From positions 1,632,001 to 1,696,000 of the forward strand of contig CAXXMV010000006.1 of the NCBI GenBank assembly GCA_963662285.2: 64,000 nucleotides of DNA. Reading direction: 5' to 3'. The number at the start of each line of letters is the position of its first letter. Position 1 is the first letter of the stretch. This DNA comes from a bacterium. Its GTDB lineage: Bacteria > Hinthialibacterota > Hinthialibacteria > Hinthialibacterales > Hinthialibacteraceae. Shown piece after piece: positions 1 through 10,936 of the stretch. The notes below the pieces were generated by a model that had not been told where the DNA came from, made no database searches, and worked only from the letters and a program-made list of their open reading frames with translations. Position numbers and translations under genes: made by a program.

Positions 1-2
1 TT

Positions 3-230
3 CAGCAGTTTAATGATTATAAAGATGATGTTTATCGTCTTCAAGAGCATATCAATGCATTAGAATGGACATTAAAACGGGGAACTAATCCTGGTTTCCT
101 TATAAATAAAATAGCAAACTTTTGGGTATACTCATATTTCGATCCCATAAACAAACAAGATGTTAAAATCTTCTACCTAATCAAGTCCAACGTTCACCTG
201 CTAGATATCAGATTAGTTCCTCAAAAATAG
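3..230 (+). CDS. Partial CDS (5' end outside window), hypothetical protein, possibly RelE/ParE-like
   Basis: Frame 3 is open from the window edge to TAG at 228-230 (QQFNDYKDDVYRLQEHINALEWTLKRG...VKIFYLIKSNVHLLDIRLVPQK). The family guess rests only on a vague pattern. Confidence 0.5.
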   Translation, partial: QQFNDYKDDVYRLQEHINALEWTLKRGTNPGFLINKIANFWVYSYFDPINKQDVKIFYLIKSNVHLLDIRLVPQK

Positions 231-245
231 ATTTTCAGCCATGTC

Positions 246-319
246 TGGTGAGATCGCGCTTTATCGACTCACCAAAAATCATTGATTCGGTGGGTCGAAA
301 AGACGCGACTCACCCTACG
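246..319. repeat. REP-like palindrome doublet (GTAG family)
   Basis: tggtgagatcg..cgactcacca followed by cggtgggtcgaaaagacgcgactcaccctac; the same family recurs at 24251, 27171 and elsewhere. Confidence 0.75.
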
Positions 320-443
320 CCGCTAATAAATCCATTTGTATGACTAAAATAAGCGACTCTTCCATAAGATCAATAACAATGATAGTTTACAAAGCATAAT
401 GATGATATTGAATCTTGAGATTAATAAACTGGATTAAGCTAAT

Positions 444-1844
444 ATGAAAAATGTTGTTCTGGTGAGATTGAAAAGTAATTATAATGTTGTCTCTCCCCCT
501 CTTGGTATCGGATATTTACTAAAAGCTTTGAGCCGGGTTGATGGCGTCAATCCTTTGTTTGTTGATTGCCATCGTGATAATTTGAGTGATGATAAACTCC
601 TTGAAATGTTGCAAAATAGCAATCCTATATTAATAGGTTTTCAAGTCTATTCGATTGATTATTATAATTTTTCGAGCATATTGCCCCATGTTCATCGAGT
701 ATGTCCCGAAGCGTTGATTATAGCTGGAGGTCCTCATGTATCCGGTCTACCCGATAAGACATTAATTGATAATCCAACGCTGGATTTTGTGGTCAATGGA
801 GAAGGTGAAGTAACTATACAGCAATTAATGCACGGGCTGCTTAATGACGCCTTAAAAGATAATATACAAGAAATTCCAAATCTGGTTTATCGTCAGGGCG
901 ATCGAATAGTTCATAATAATCAACAATTCGTTGATGTTAAAAACTATGGGGCGCCTGACTGGAAGAGACTTGAACCAGATAAATATCCACCAATTCAACA
1001 TGGCACCTTCCACAAATCGAATCGGGTTGTTCCGCTTTTGACGAGCAGGGGATGCCCATATCCGTGCACTTTCTGCGCCGGTCATTTAATTACAGGAAAA
1101 AAAATAAGACGTCGTGTTTTGTCTGATGTAATTGATGAGATAGAGTTTCTGCAATCAACTTATGGATACAATGAATTTATTATAGAAGATGAGAATTTTA
1201 CATATTATAAAGAGCATGTACTGGATTTTGCCGGGGAAATCGAAAAAAGAAAAATTGACTGCTATTTTTCATTTCCTAATGGTATAAGATTAGATCGTTT
1301 AGATGAAGAAATTACGATAGCATTAAAAAAGATGGGAACTTACCTTGTCGGTCTTGGCATAGAATCAGCATCCCCGCGAATATTGAAGAGCATTAAAAAA
1401 AATTGGGATTTAGATTCAGTTAAGCAGAAAATTCAGATGTTAAAACAGCATAAGATAATTGTGTGTGGATTCTTTATTTTCGGATTCCCGGATGAAACAA
1501 AAGCTGATATTGAGTTGACGATCAATTACGCTTTGAAATCAGGTTTTGATCGCGCATACATAGGCAATTATATTCCACTACCTGGCAGTGATGATTTTAA
1601 TGATTTGATCCAAAAAGGTGAACTTATATTAGACCAAATTGATTGGAGAACATACACATCAGGTCTGGGTAAAATACCATATCATCCCTCCGCAATATCT
1701 TCTGATGAACTAATATCATTGATGCGACGGGCAACGATAAAATTTTATTTACGCCCCGGAATTTTATTCAATTTTCTGTTACAAATATTACGCCCTAGTT
1801 CGATAAAGAGTTTATTGTTCAGGATTTATAAATTGTTTTTTTGA
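444..1844 (+). CDS. Cobalamin-binding radical SAM protein (class B methyltransferase-like)
   Basis: N-terminal B12-binding domain (PPLGIGYL, IIAGGPH, GEGE), then SRGCPYPCTFC (CxxxCxxC), GIES and GFPDET motifs. Confidence 0.9.
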   Translation: MKNVVLVRLKSNYNVVSPPLGIGYLLKALSRVDGVNPLFVDCHRDNLSDDKLLEMLQNSNPILIGFQVYSIDYYNFSSILPHVHRVCPEALIIAGGPHVSGLPDKTLIDNPTLDFVVNGEGEVTIQQLMHGLLNDALKDNIQEIPNLVYRQGDRIVHNNQQFVDVKNYGAPDWKRLEPDKYPPIQHGTFHKSNRVVPLLTSRGCPYPCTFCAGHLITGKKIRRRVLSDVIDEIEFLQSTYGYNEFIIEDENFTYYKEHVLDFAGEIEKRKIDCYFSFPNGIRLDRLDEEITIALKKMGTYLVGLGIESASPRILKSIKKNWDLDSVKQKIQMLKQHKIIVCGFFIFGFPDETKADIELTINYALKSGFDRAYIGNYIPLPGSDDFNDLIQKGELILDQIDWRTYTSGLGKIPYHPSAISSDELISLMRRATIKFYLRPGILFNFLLQILRPSSIKSLLFRIYKLFF

Positions 1845-1868
1845 AATAAAAAAAGAAGATAAAGCCAT

Positions 1869-1918
1869 GTAAGGTGGGTCGCAAACGTCACTTATCCAAC
1901 GGGATGAAACCATCCTAC
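1869..1918. repeat. Degenerate REP-like element between convergent genes
   Basis: gtaaggtgggtcg...catcctac ends match the GTAGGGTGGG/CCCTAC family. Confidence 0.5.
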
Positions 1919-1932
1919 AATTCTATTAGATA

Positions 1933-4620
1933 TTATTCGATTTTATCAGAATATTGAGGGAAATGTTTTTTAATGCATTCGGGGCAGATTCCGTGGCTGA
2001 ATTTCGCTTGGCTGCGTTCCTGGATATAGGCTTCCACCTGACTCCAGTATCCGTGGTCGTCGCGGACTTTCTTGCAGTAGGAGCATATCGGCAGCAGTCC
2101 ATCCAAAATCTTCAATTGCGCAATCTGTTCATTGACTTTTTCTTGCAGTTCTTGGTTGTGTTTTTTGACTTGTCTTACTCGAAATTTGTATAGAATAATG
2201 ACGAGGGCAATAATCGCTAATCCAATTATCGATTGGAACCACCAGGTTAACCAGAAAGGCGGCAGTACGGAAATGGTTAATTCTTTGACTTGCTGGCTTT
2301 GATATCCATCGGCATTGGTTCCGCGAACCTGGAGTGTGCGCTCTCCCGGAGATAGGTCAGCGAATAGAATTTGCTGAGACTTGTTCATCTTTTGCCAGTC
2401 ATTGGATTGGTTGATACGGTATTCAAGCCTGTTAAGTGATGGAGCGACGTAATCCAGTAAGGAAAATTGAAGGTCAAGATTATTTTGGGCGTAGGGCAGT
2501 TCGATGTAATCTATTTTCCAAATGGGCTGACCGCTGATATAACTTTGTCCTTTAACATTAATTTGGTTCAAAACAACAGGAGAATTTGATTGATAATTTT
2601 TAAATGCGTCGGCGTCTATTATATTGAAACCATATTGCCCGCCAAAATAGATTTTACCGTTTCGTCCCGCATAGCGGGATTTGGGAACGTATTCGTAACC
2701 TTGAATTCCATTATGAAGATCATACCAATTTGTTGAATTATCTTGTGGATTATACCTGATCAATCCACGGTTTGTGCTAAGCCAAAGTTTTCCAGTAATA
2801 TCTTCTACGATTCCCAGGATGGCTCTACTGGGAAAAGCATGTAATGCTTCAATATCCTGGAATTCATCGGTTGCAGGATTATAGAGGTTTAATCCCTTAT
2901 TTGATCCTATCCATATTCGTCCCTGGTGATCTGTTATAATATCCCAAATAGTATCATCCAATATACTGTTCGGATCTTTTGAAGTGTGTGAGTAATAGCC
3001 GATCTCTCCGGTTTCCGTGTTTAAGAGATTTAAGCCTTCAGCTTCTGCGCCAACCCATAGATGCTTGTCATCCTTAAACTCAAGCACTGTTAATCGTGAA
3101 TAACTAAACTTATTAGGCTCATCACCATAGACGCGCTTAATTTGGAAATTTGAATCTAAACAAATTACATGTCCAGTATCATTGCATACCCAAAACTGCC
3201 CTTGTTTATCACGGATAATATCTTTGATTGATTGGAAATATCCAATATAGGGGATGCGCTCTTCGTCATAAAAAGAGGTAAATGTTGCTGTTGCAGGATC
3301 AAATAGAAGAAGCCCGTATCCCAGCGTCCCTATTAACAGATTTCCATTGTCTAGTTCAAACAAAGAGTAAACATAATTGGTGACAACGGTATCTATGTGA
3401 GGTTTATTATCTTCGGTTGCATAGATGTAGTTTTTATATTCTCCCGTTTCGGGATCATAGCGGTCTAATCCTTTTTCATGGGTTCCGATCCATACGATGC
3501 CTTGCGAATCTTCTAGCAACGACATGACCGACTTGTCCGATAAACTTGATTTTGAAAAAGCACTGGGTTGGTAACGTTGAATTTGCGTCATGGGATGCCT
3601 GAAAGTATTGATTCCACCGCTTTCTACGCCAACCCATAATAAACCATTGTTATCTTGCAGGAATGAATAAATCCGGTTTGAACTAAGGCTGGATTCAACT
3701 GTTGGATCATTTTTATATAGAGAAAATCTTTCTGTAGACGAGTCATAATAATATAGTCCTGCATTTAATGTGCCGATCCATAGATTTCCAAAACTATCTT
3801 CTTGAATTAGTCTCACATTGCAATTTTTTATCTCATCCACTGGCTCAAAGGCAAAGTCGTCCGGATTAAAACGCAACAGGCCTTTGTCCCAAGTTCCAAC
3901 CCAAAAGCGATTTTTAGAGTCTTCTAGAATACATGTCGGGGTCCAGGGTATGGATGGCGTCATGTCATCTTGCTCCGGCATGATGCGGGTGAATGTTTTG
4001 CCGTCATCATTTAAGCGATTCATCCCTTTGCTATGAGTAGCAATCCATATCGTTCCCTTATGATCTTCAAAGACATCGTTGATGTGGCTTAAAGAAAGCG
4101 TTGTCGTATCGTTTGGATCATGAAAAAAACTCTCAAATGAATCTGTTTCATAGGAATAAGCGCGCAATCCATTAACGGCGCCGATCCAAATACGTCCTAG
4201 TGAATCTTCAAATATATTCAAAATAAAGTTGGCGCCTGGCTTATCTGAGTCAATTTCGTCAAACATAAATCGCGTGATGCGATCCGTTTGCGGATCCCAA
4301 CGGTTTAAGCCATTGTCGGTAGCAATCCATAGATAACCTCTGCTATCGATAAATAGAGCTAAAATTTGGTTGCTTGATAATGATTCAGGATTATTAGGAT
4401 CATTCTTGTAGATGGTGAAGTTAACTCCATCATAACGATTTAATCCTTCATTGGTTCCAAGCCATATATATCCGTTAATATCTTGAGCAATAGTACGGAC
4501 GGTGTTATTAGAAAGACCATCCGTCGAATAGAGATGATTAAATATGATGGGAATATGATCCGAATAGACCAATAAGTGCACATTGAGAAATATGAAAAGG
4601 GTAAATAATAATTTACTCAT
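1933..4620 (-). CDS. Periplasmic beta-propeller ligand-binding sensor (Reg_prop repeats + Y_Y_Y), one TM helix and a C-terminal Cys/His zinc-ribbon; no kinase domain
   Basis: Signal peptide, repeated 'D..G.lWigT..Gl' blades, PPFWLTWWF before a TM helix, tail LLPICSYCKKVRDD...HGICPEC. Confidence 0.85.
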   Translation of the reverse strand: MSKLLFTLFIFLNVHLLVYSDHIPIIFNHLYSTDGLSNNTVRTIAQDINGYIWLGTNEGLNRYDGVNFTIYKNDPNNPESLSSNQILALFIDSRGYLWIATDNGLNRWDPQTDRITRFMFDEIDSDKPGANFILNIFEDSLGRIWIGAVNGLRAYSYETDSFESFFHDPNDTTTLSLSHINDVFEDHKGTIWIATHSKGMNRLNDDGKTFTRIMPEQDDMTPSIPWTPTCILEDSKNRFWVGTWDKGLLRFNPDDFAFEPVDEIKNCNVRLIQEDSFGNLWIGTLNAGLYYYDSSTERFSLYKNDPTVESSLSSNRIYSFLQDNNGLLWVGVESGGINTFRHPMTQIQRYQPSAFSKSSLSDKSVMSLLEDSQGIVWIGTHEKGLDRYDPETGEYKNYIYATEDNKPHIDTVVTNYVYSLFELDNGNLLIGTLGYGLLLFDPATATFTSFYDEERIPYIGYFQSIKDIIRDKQGQFWVCNDTGHVICLDSNFQIKRVYGDEPNKFSYSRLTVLEFKDDKHLWVGAEAEGLNLLNTETGEIGYYSHTSKDPNSILDDTIWDIITDHQGRIWIGSNKGLNLYNPATDEFQDIEALHAFPSRAILGIVEDITGKLWLSTNRGLIRYNPQDNSTNWYDLHNGIQGYEYVPKSRYAGRNGKIYFGGQYGFNIIDADAFKNYQSNSPVVLNQINVKGQSYISGQPIWKIDYIELPYAQNNLDLQFSLLDYVAPSLNRLEYRINQSNDWQKMNKSQQILFADLSPGERTLQVRGTNADGYQSQQVKELTISVLPPFWLTWWFQSIIGLAIIALVIILYKFRVRQVKKHNQELQEKVNEQIAQLKILDGLLPICSYCKKVRDDHGYWSQVEAYIQERSQAKFSHGICPECIKKHFPQYSDKIE

Positions 4621-4795
4621 AATTAAATTGTATATACTTTCTAAACAAGAAAGAGAAGGTTATCTCTATAATATTTAAATACTATTATTCTGTATAGTTT
4701 ACCGCAAATTTTATCGATTAGGTATATTAACCGGGTTACAGAGAGATTTAGCCGTTTTCTTGATTCTAGAGTAGTTGTTAAGTTTGACAATCATT

Positions 4796-5920
4796 CTAAT
4801 CGAATTTGTTAAAAAAAGGTATGAATGAATGGACATTCACCCTGAATAAACAGAGTGAGTTGCTGAGTGCGTTAAAGGTGATTAACGATTTTCCATTCCA
4901 AACAGGATTAAAAAATTGACCGTCAGTTCTATGGAGTTCTTTGGGAATCAAGCCATCCATTTCATAAATAGCTAAACCACTCTTATAGTTATCGATAGAA
5001 ATGAAATAATCACCAATGGGTACAATATGACCAGGGATAAATGGCGTTTGCGTCTCTTGGGTTTTGACGGGAGAAGCGGGAGTTGATACATCATAAATTT
5101 TTAAGGTTGGTAAGCCTCCAATCCAAACCGTAGTGTATAAATAATGGCTAAATTTGTTAATTTTTATTATGTTCATTGATGAGTTTGTTGTTTCTGGAAA
5201 AGAGATGGTATGGACGATTCGGGGGTGTTCCATATCCTCCCAATCGAGAACGCATAGCTGATAGTCGGTCATTTCCCAAGAATGCTGGCCTTGCGTAGCA
5301 ATCAGCAGGAATGCATGGGCATCGTCTCCAATTTCAAAATCGATCACCCGGTTTCCCGGAAGTTCTACAAAAGATTTACGCACTGCTTTGACCGGATCAC
5401 TGATATCTAGTAGTTCCACTTTTCCATATCGTGGAGATAGAAGCGCTTTTTGATTCACGGTCCAAATCGAACCGCCATTCATTCTGTTTTCATTTGGAGT
5501 ATAGGTTCCTACAAGAACAGGATTCTCTGGATTTTCGATATCGATTATTTCCAAACGGGATTCAGAAGGCAGGTATACGTATGGCCATACGGTTTTGGAA
5601 GAATACGTAGGAGAGTCATCAATAGCATATCCACCTATGGCGTCTGATTTGTAACTCTGTAATTCTCTTGGATTATAAATATCAGAGACATCGAACAGTA
5701 CAAGGCCGGAGGAAAATTGGTAATTTAGTTCATTGCGCTTACATCTGGTTGTTGCGATTAACGTGTCATCGCGAACTGCTAAATTTCCAATAAAATTTTG
5801 TGGATAATCAAGTTGAAGTGAATGAATACGGTATAGAAAAGGATTTTCTGAACTAAAGCTTGCTTGAATGGTCGATAAAATTGTGATGATAATTAGTAGG
5901 TATTGGATTATCTGTTTCAC
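4796..5920 (-). CDS. Secreted LVIVD-repeat beta-propeller protein
   Basis: Signal peptide; repeats GLVLFDVSDIYNP, LEIIDIENPENP, VELLDISDPVK, LKIYDVSTPASP. Confidence 0.75.
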   Translation of the reverse strand: MKQIIQYLLIIITILSTIQASFSSENPFLYRIHSLQLDYPQNFIGNLAVRDDTLIATTRCKRNELNYQFSSGLVLFDVSDIYNPRELQSYKSDAIGGYAIDDSPTYSSKTVWPYVYLPSESRLEIIDIENPENPVLVGTYTPNENRMNGGSIWTVNQKALLSPRYGKVELLDISDPVKAVRKSFVELPGNRVIDFEIGDDAHAFLLIATQGQHSWEMTDYQLCVLDWEDMEHPRIVHTISFPETTNSSMNIIKINKFSHYLYTTVWIGGLPTLKIYDVSTPASPVKTQETQTPFIPGHIVPIGDYFISIDNYKSGLAIYEMDGLIPKELHRTDGQFFNPVWNGKSLITFNALSNSLCLFRVNVHSFIPFFNKFD

Positions 5921-5984
5921 AATAAATCTTCTCCTGATGAATCAACTATTGTATGCATATAACAACTTTATTATGCAAGTCAAA

Positions 5985-6659
5985 CTAATCAAAGGTATTC
6001 CACAGATCGCCGAATGCTATGCGGAAATCCCGTTCTCCGCTGAATGATAGTTTCTGCGCGATCCAGATGTCGCCATCGGATACCAGGCCGTTTGAACTGT
6101 TATAGGGAACCGATTTTCCCTGTGAAATAAGCCAGCGTACATCGTCATAATCTCCATCGGTTCCAGCAGCGATGAATACCCAATAGGCGCCGAGGTTGCC
6201 GTTGGGGCAATGGCTGGTTCCATAGGTGTAGAAAATCCCCTTGACGAATGGATCGACCGGGATGGAGGTGATATATGATACGGGGGTGGTTAGCTGGGCG
6301 TAGATGCGTCCATCATTATTGGGATCATAGCAGTTAAGCCCCATATCGCTGCATTTTTTGCCCCAGCGCTGATTGCCCCAGGGCGTCAAGACGCAATCCT
6401 CTGGTTTCCCGTTTCCCTCTGCGCCCTGGTCGTTTCCGTCAACCATCCATTTGTTGCAATCCATCTGCCTGATGCTGTTTTGGGTATGCAGCATCTTGAC
6501 GTCGGAAAACGACCGCGCCAGTTTTGCTCTGATCTGGGCGTTGAGAAAGTTGGGTACTGCAATAGCTGCCAAAATTCCAATAATGGCGACCACGATTAGA
6601 AGTTCTATCAAGGTAAAGGCTTTTTTCTGATTCATCATAATCATAAGTTCCATCCCCAA
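5985..6659 (-). CDS. Prepilin-type N-terminal cleavage/methylation domain protein (pilin/pseudopilin-like); true start may be one of the downstream Met codons
   Basis: KKAFTLIELLIVVAIIGILAAIAVPNF class III signal peptide. Confidence 0.9.
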   Translation of the reverse strand: MGMELMIMMNQKKAFTLIELLIVVAIIGILAAIAVPNFLNAQIRAKLARSFSDVKMLHTQNSIRQMDCNKWMVDGNDQGAEGNGKPEDCVLTPWGNQRWGKKCSDMGLNCYDPNNDGRIYAQLTTPVSYITSIPVDPFVKGIFYTYGTSHCPNGNLGAYWVFIAAGTDGDYDDVRWLISQGKSVPYNSSNGLVSDGDIWIAQKLSFSGERDFRIAFGDLWNTFD

Positions 6660-6985
6660 TTCAAGTTTTCTTTAGAAACGAGCAGTTTTTGAGCATCGAT
6701 CTAAATATATCTACGAAATTTTGGTATCATAATCAATTAACTCCTACATTGTAATAATATTTCATATTATACGTACAAATTCAATCCAAATCCCGCAAAC
6801 GCATATATATTTCATGAAAAATCTTCATTATCCTCTTGATATAGCGGAGGGTATGTTGTTTCCCGGAATATTCATAGATTCGGCGGTTTTGGTTACAGAT
6901 CAGTTTACCGGGTCGTTTTTCTGTATTGACGGAGGGGGAATCTACTGTTTAACTTGAATTATGGTTCGCAGATATCCTATAAGAG

Positions 6986-8446
6986 ATGGTTGCTGAATTA
7001 CAAAAGGTGAAAAACATGAAACCAAAAACGAACAACGATTTTCATAAAGCGCCTATCGCTCATGGCGCCGGAGCGGCTAAAGATGAGAATAAAACCGGAT
7101 GTTTCACCCGTAGGCGGTTTATCGGCCAGAGCGGCGCCGCGCTTGGTGGTGCGGCTGCGGGATTGATGATTGTACCACGGCATGTTTTAGGAAGAGCGGG
7201 GGAGTCTTCACCCAGTGACAAGTTATGCATAGCCGGGATTGGCATTGGAGGCATGGGCGCCAGCAATCTAAGGGAACTGCAATCTGAAAATATCGTCGCC
7301 CTGTGCGACGTGGATCACAATTACGCCGCCCGGCAGTTTGAGCGATATTCCAAAGCCAAAGTTTATAAAGATTACCGTAAAATGCTGGAAACGCAGAAAG
7401 ATATCGACGCGGTGATGATTGCCACGCCGGATCATACTCATGCCGTAATTTCGATGGCTGCCATCAAAGCGGGTAAGCATGTGTACTGCCAGAAGCCATT
7501 GACTCATGACGTCTATGAAGCGCGTATGTTGGCGCATGCGGCTAAAGAAGCTGGCGTAGCCACCCAAATGGGCAACCAGGGTCATTCAAATGATGGCATC
7601 CGCCAGATTTGCGAATGGATTTGGGATGGCGCCATTGGCGATATCCGCGAAGTCGATGGATGGTGCGACCTTTCGTATTATCCCTGGGGACATGCGGGAT
7701 GGAGTTCGAAATGGGGCGAACGGCCTCAAGACACTCCTGCCGTTCCCGATTCGTTGGATTGGGATTTGTGGCTGGGTCCGGCGCCGGAGCGTCCTTATCA
7801 CCCTGCATACCATCCGGCAGTGTGGCGTTGCTGGTGGGATTTCGGCTGCGGCATGATGGGCGACCGGGGAGCGCATACCATAGACGGCGCTGTGTGGGCG
7901 CTTGATCTTGGCGCCCCTACATCAATTGAGGCGACTTCGTGCGGGTTGAATCTGGATACTCATCCACTTTCGGCTATTGTAACTTATCAATTCCCCAAGC
8001 GGGGGAAAATGCCGCCTGTACAGTTAAGATGGTATGAAGGCACCCGTCCTCCGCATCCGGCGGATATTAAAGAATATATTAAATGGCCAGCTGAAGGCGG
8101 GCTTCTTTTTAAGGGCAGCAAGGGAATGATTGCGGCCGATGTATATTCCAGTAATCCCCGCTTGTTGCCCGCAAGTTTGGATAAGGATTATAAACGACCC
8201 GCTCCAAAAATTCCAAGAGTGAAAACCACCCATGAAATGAACTGGGTGCAAGCCTGCAAGACAGGTCAAAAAGCCTGCTCTGATTTCAGTTATTCCGGCC
8301 CTCTGACCGAAATTTGCCTGCTGGGCAATATCGCCAAACGGATGGATACACGAATCATGTGGGATGGCGAAAAAATGCAGGCGACCAATTGCCCGGATGC
8401 GAACCAATACGTTAAGACTAACTACCGCAAAGGCTGGTCGCTGTAA
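6986..8446 (+). CDS. Tat-exported Gfo/Idh/MocA family oxidoreductase
   Basis: TRRRFIG twin-arginine motif, GIGIGGMG NAD(P)-binding motif, ATPDHTH, HVYCQKP. Confidence 0.9.
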   Translation: MVAELQKVKNMKPKTNNDFHKAPIAHGAGAAKDENKTGCFTRRRFIGQSGAALGGAAAGLMIVPRHVLGRAGESSPSDKLCIAGIGIGGMGASNLRELQSENIVALCDVDHNYAARQFERYSKAKVYKDYRKMLETQKDIDAVMIATPDHTHAVISMAAIKAGKHVYCQKPLTHDVYEARMLAHAAKEAGVATQMGNQGHSNDGIRQICEWIWDGAIGDIREVDGWCDLSYYPWGHAGWSSKWGERPQDTPAVPDSLDWDLWLGPAPERPYHPAYHPAVWRCWWDFGCGMMGDRGAHTIDGAVWALDLGAPTSIEATSCGLNLDTHPLSAIVTYQFPKRGKMPPVQLRWYEGTRPPHPADIKEYIKWPAEGGLLFKGSKGMIAADVYSSNPRLLPASLDKDYKRPAPKIPRVKTTHEMNWVQACKTGQKACSDFSYSGPLTEICLLGNIAKRMDTRIMWDGEKMQATNCPDANQYVKTNYRKGWSL

Positions 8447-8499
8447 ACCGGGCTGTGCGTGGAAATTGGTGTGTAATAAGCGCTCAAATAATGCTACTC

Positions 8500-8531
8500 A
8501 AAAAAAAAGGCGGCTCGTTAGAGCCGCCTTT
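8500..8531 (-). terminator. Intrinsic terminator after fabF (possibly bidirectional)
   Basis: aaaggcggctc-gtta-gagccgccttt hairpin with an A9 run on the left (U-tract on the minus strand). Confidence 0.85.
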
Positions 8532-8557
8532 GGGGTTTTGCTGATTTTAAAGAATTG

Positions 8558-9796
8558 CTATTCAAACTTCTTCAGCGCTAGAACCGCATTGTGGCCGCCA
8601 AAACCGAAGGAATTGGAGATAGCCGTTTTAATCTTCAGTTCACGCGCCTGATTGGGAACGTAATCCAGGTCGCAATCAGGATCGGGAGTCTGGTAGTTGA
8701 TTGTGGGAGGAACAATCCCGCACTGCAATGCTTTAGCGCAAGCAATGAATTCAACCGCTCCAGCAGCGCCCAACAGATGACCAGTCATAGACTTGGTGGA
8801 ACTGACTGGAATCTTTTTGGCGTGTTCTCCAAAAAGAGTCTTGATGGCAATAGTTTCAAATTTATCATTATAAGGCGTAGAGGTGCCATGCGCATTGATA
8901 TAATCAACATCTTCCAATGTCATGCCAGCATCTTCGACAGCTAGTTGCATAGCCTTTTTTGCTCCGATGCCTTCTGGATGGGGCATGGTGATATGATGCG
9001 CATCGCCGGACATGCCATAACCAGTCAACTCGGCGTAAATAGAAGCGCCGCGTTTTTTGGCGTGTTCCAGTTCTTCAATGACAACAATCCCGGCGCCTTC
9101 ACCCATGACGAAACCATCACGGTCTTTTTCAAATGGACGGCTCGCTCCTGTCGCATCATCGTTGCGTCTGGAAAGAGCGCGCAAAGAACAGAAACCGCCG
9201 AAGCCCAGTGGGGTTAAGGCTGCTTCCGTACCGCCTGCAATCATCACGTCAGCGTCATCACGCTGGATCAGACGCATAGCGTCGCCAATGGAATGATTGC
9301 CGGTGGCGCAGGCTGTGACCACGCTGGAATTGGGGCCTTGAAAACCAAAGCGTATAGATATCAGTCCCGCAGCGATATTAACGATCAACATCGGTATCAG
9401 ATGCGGGCTGATGCGCCTTGGTCCTTTGGCGTCCAATACTTCTTTTTGTTTTTCGAGAGTAGCTATCCCGCCTATTCCCGAACCAACGATAACGCCGGCG
9501 CGGGATAGATCGATGGATTCAAGATCCAAACCGGAATTTTCGACTGCTTCCGCTGACGCCACTATCGCGTACTGAGCAAAAAGATCAGTATGTTCGACGT
9601 CTTTAGGGTTGATAACTGGTTCAGGATTGAAATCCTTCACTTCAGCATCCACTTGTGATGAGTGTTTACTGGCATCAAAACGCGTAACCGGCCCGGTGCC
9701 TGACCTGCCGTTCTTCAGCGAATCCCAGAACTCACCGACGGTGTTTCCAATAGGAGATACAACTCCCATACCTGTTATGACAACACGACGAGACAT
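8558..9796 (-). CDS. fabF: 3-oxoacyl-ACP synthase II
   Basis: [32 protein letters not shown]. Start moved to ATG 9796, which has an AGGAG RBS. Confidence 0.96.
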   Translation of the reverse strand: MSRRVVITGMGVVSPIGNTVGEFWDSLKNGRSGTGPVTRFDASKHSSQVDAEVKDFNPEPVINPKDVEHTDLFAQYAIVASAEAVENSGLDLESIDLSRAGVIVGSGIGGIATLEKQKEVLDAKGPRRISPHLIPMLIVNIAAGLISIRFGFQGPNSSVVTACATGNHSIGDAMRLIQRDDADVMIAGGTEAALTPLGFGGFCSLRALSRRNDDATGASRPFEKDRDGFVMGEGAGIVVIEELEHAKKRGASIYAELTGYGMSGDAHHITMPHPEGIGAKKAMQLAVEDAGMTLEDVDYINAHGTSTPYNDKFETIAIKTLFGEHAKKIPVSSTKSMTGHLLGAAGAVEFIACAKALQCGIVPPTINYQTPDPDCDLDYVPNQARELKIKTAISNSFGFGGHNAVLALKKFE

Positions 9797-9825
9797 TAAT
9801 TTGTTACTCCTATGGTCCAATACGA

Positions 9826-10068
9826 TTACGATACTTTGCTTTTAATGTACTCAATCGCATCACCAACTGTTTTGATCTTCTCTGCTTCCTCTTCAGGGAT
9901 TTCGTCGATGCCGAAATTTTCTTCAAATTCCATTACCAGTTCGACTGTATCTAAAGAGTCGGCGCCTAGATCACGCGTGAATGATTTCTCCGCCGAAATC
10001 TCGTCCTTATCCACTTTAAGTTTCTCAGCAATAATATCAATTACTTTTTCTTCAATGTTTTCGCTCAC
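9826..10068 (-). CDS. acpP: Acyl carrier protein
   Basis: [14 protein letters not shown] phosphopantetheine motif; lies between fabG and fabF. Confidence 0.97.
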   Translation of the reverse strand: MSENIEEKVIDIIAEKLKVDKDEISAEKSFTRDLGADSLDTVELVMEFEENFGIDEIPEEEAEKIKTVGDAIEYIKSKVS

Positions 10069-10146
10069 GAATAGAACCTCCTTTGGTTTCTTTCTTTTTG
10101 GGTAAATCGATTTCAGCCGCTTCTGCGGCTATTTGTTCTAAGTTTA

Positions 10147-10893
10147 CTACATATTCAAACCGCCATCGATTACAATCACCTGACCGGTGATGTATGATGC
10201 TTCGTCTGAAGCGAGAAATCCGATAGAAGAAGCCACTTCCTCTGGTTTGCCGTAGCGCGCCAAGGGGATATTTTTCAGCATCATCTCTTTCGCAGATTCG
10301 CTCAGAGCGGCGGTCATTTTTGTCTCAATAAAACCGGGCGCCACCGCATTAACCGTAACGCCGCGTGAGGCCAATTCCTTGGCCATCGATTTGGTCATAC
10401 CGATTACGCCTGCTTTACTGGCGGCGTAATTGGCTTGTCCGGCGTTGCCCATCAGACCAACTACTGATGCAACGCTGATAATTCGACCATAGCGCGCCCG
10501 CATCATTAATTTAGCCGCAGCCCGCGCCATGTAGAATGATCCACTGAGATTAACCTTCAATACTGATTCCCAATCAGCGTCTTTCATGCGAATGGAAAGG
10601 GTATCGCGTGTAATTCCAGCATTATTTACTAAAATGTCAATCTTCTCGTACTGTTCTATACATGCATCAATCGCTTTTTGAGCGCCTTCAGAATTTGATA
10701 TATCTGCAGTTGCTCCAGCGGCTTGGATATTTCGTTCTTTAAGGTTGTTAATAGTCTCGTTTAAACCTTCTTCGTCAACATCCACCAGGAACAGTTTGGC
10801 GCCCATTCCAGCGAGATATTCAGCTGTCGCAAGGCCGATGCCGCGCGAACCGCCAGTTACCAAAGCTATTTTATCATCCAATCGAAAAGCCAT
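10147..10893 (-). CDS. fabG: 3-oxoacyl-ACP reductase
   Basis: [30 protein letters not shown]. Confidence 0.96.
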   Translation of the reverse strand: MAFRLDDKIALVTGGSRGIGLATAEYLAGMGAKLFLVDVDEEGLNETINNLKERNIQAAGATADISNSEGAQKAIDACIEQYEKIDILVNNAGITRDTLSIRMKDADWESVLKVNLSGSFYMARAAAKLMMRARYGRIISVASVVGLMGNAGQANYAASKAGVIGMTKSMAKELASRGVTVNAVAPGFIETKMTAALSESAKEMMLKNIPLARYGKPEEVASSIGFLASDEASYITGQVIVIDGGLNM

Positions 10894-10936
10894 TTTCTTC
10901 CTCGCTATGTTAAATGTATACTACAACCTCAGAAAA

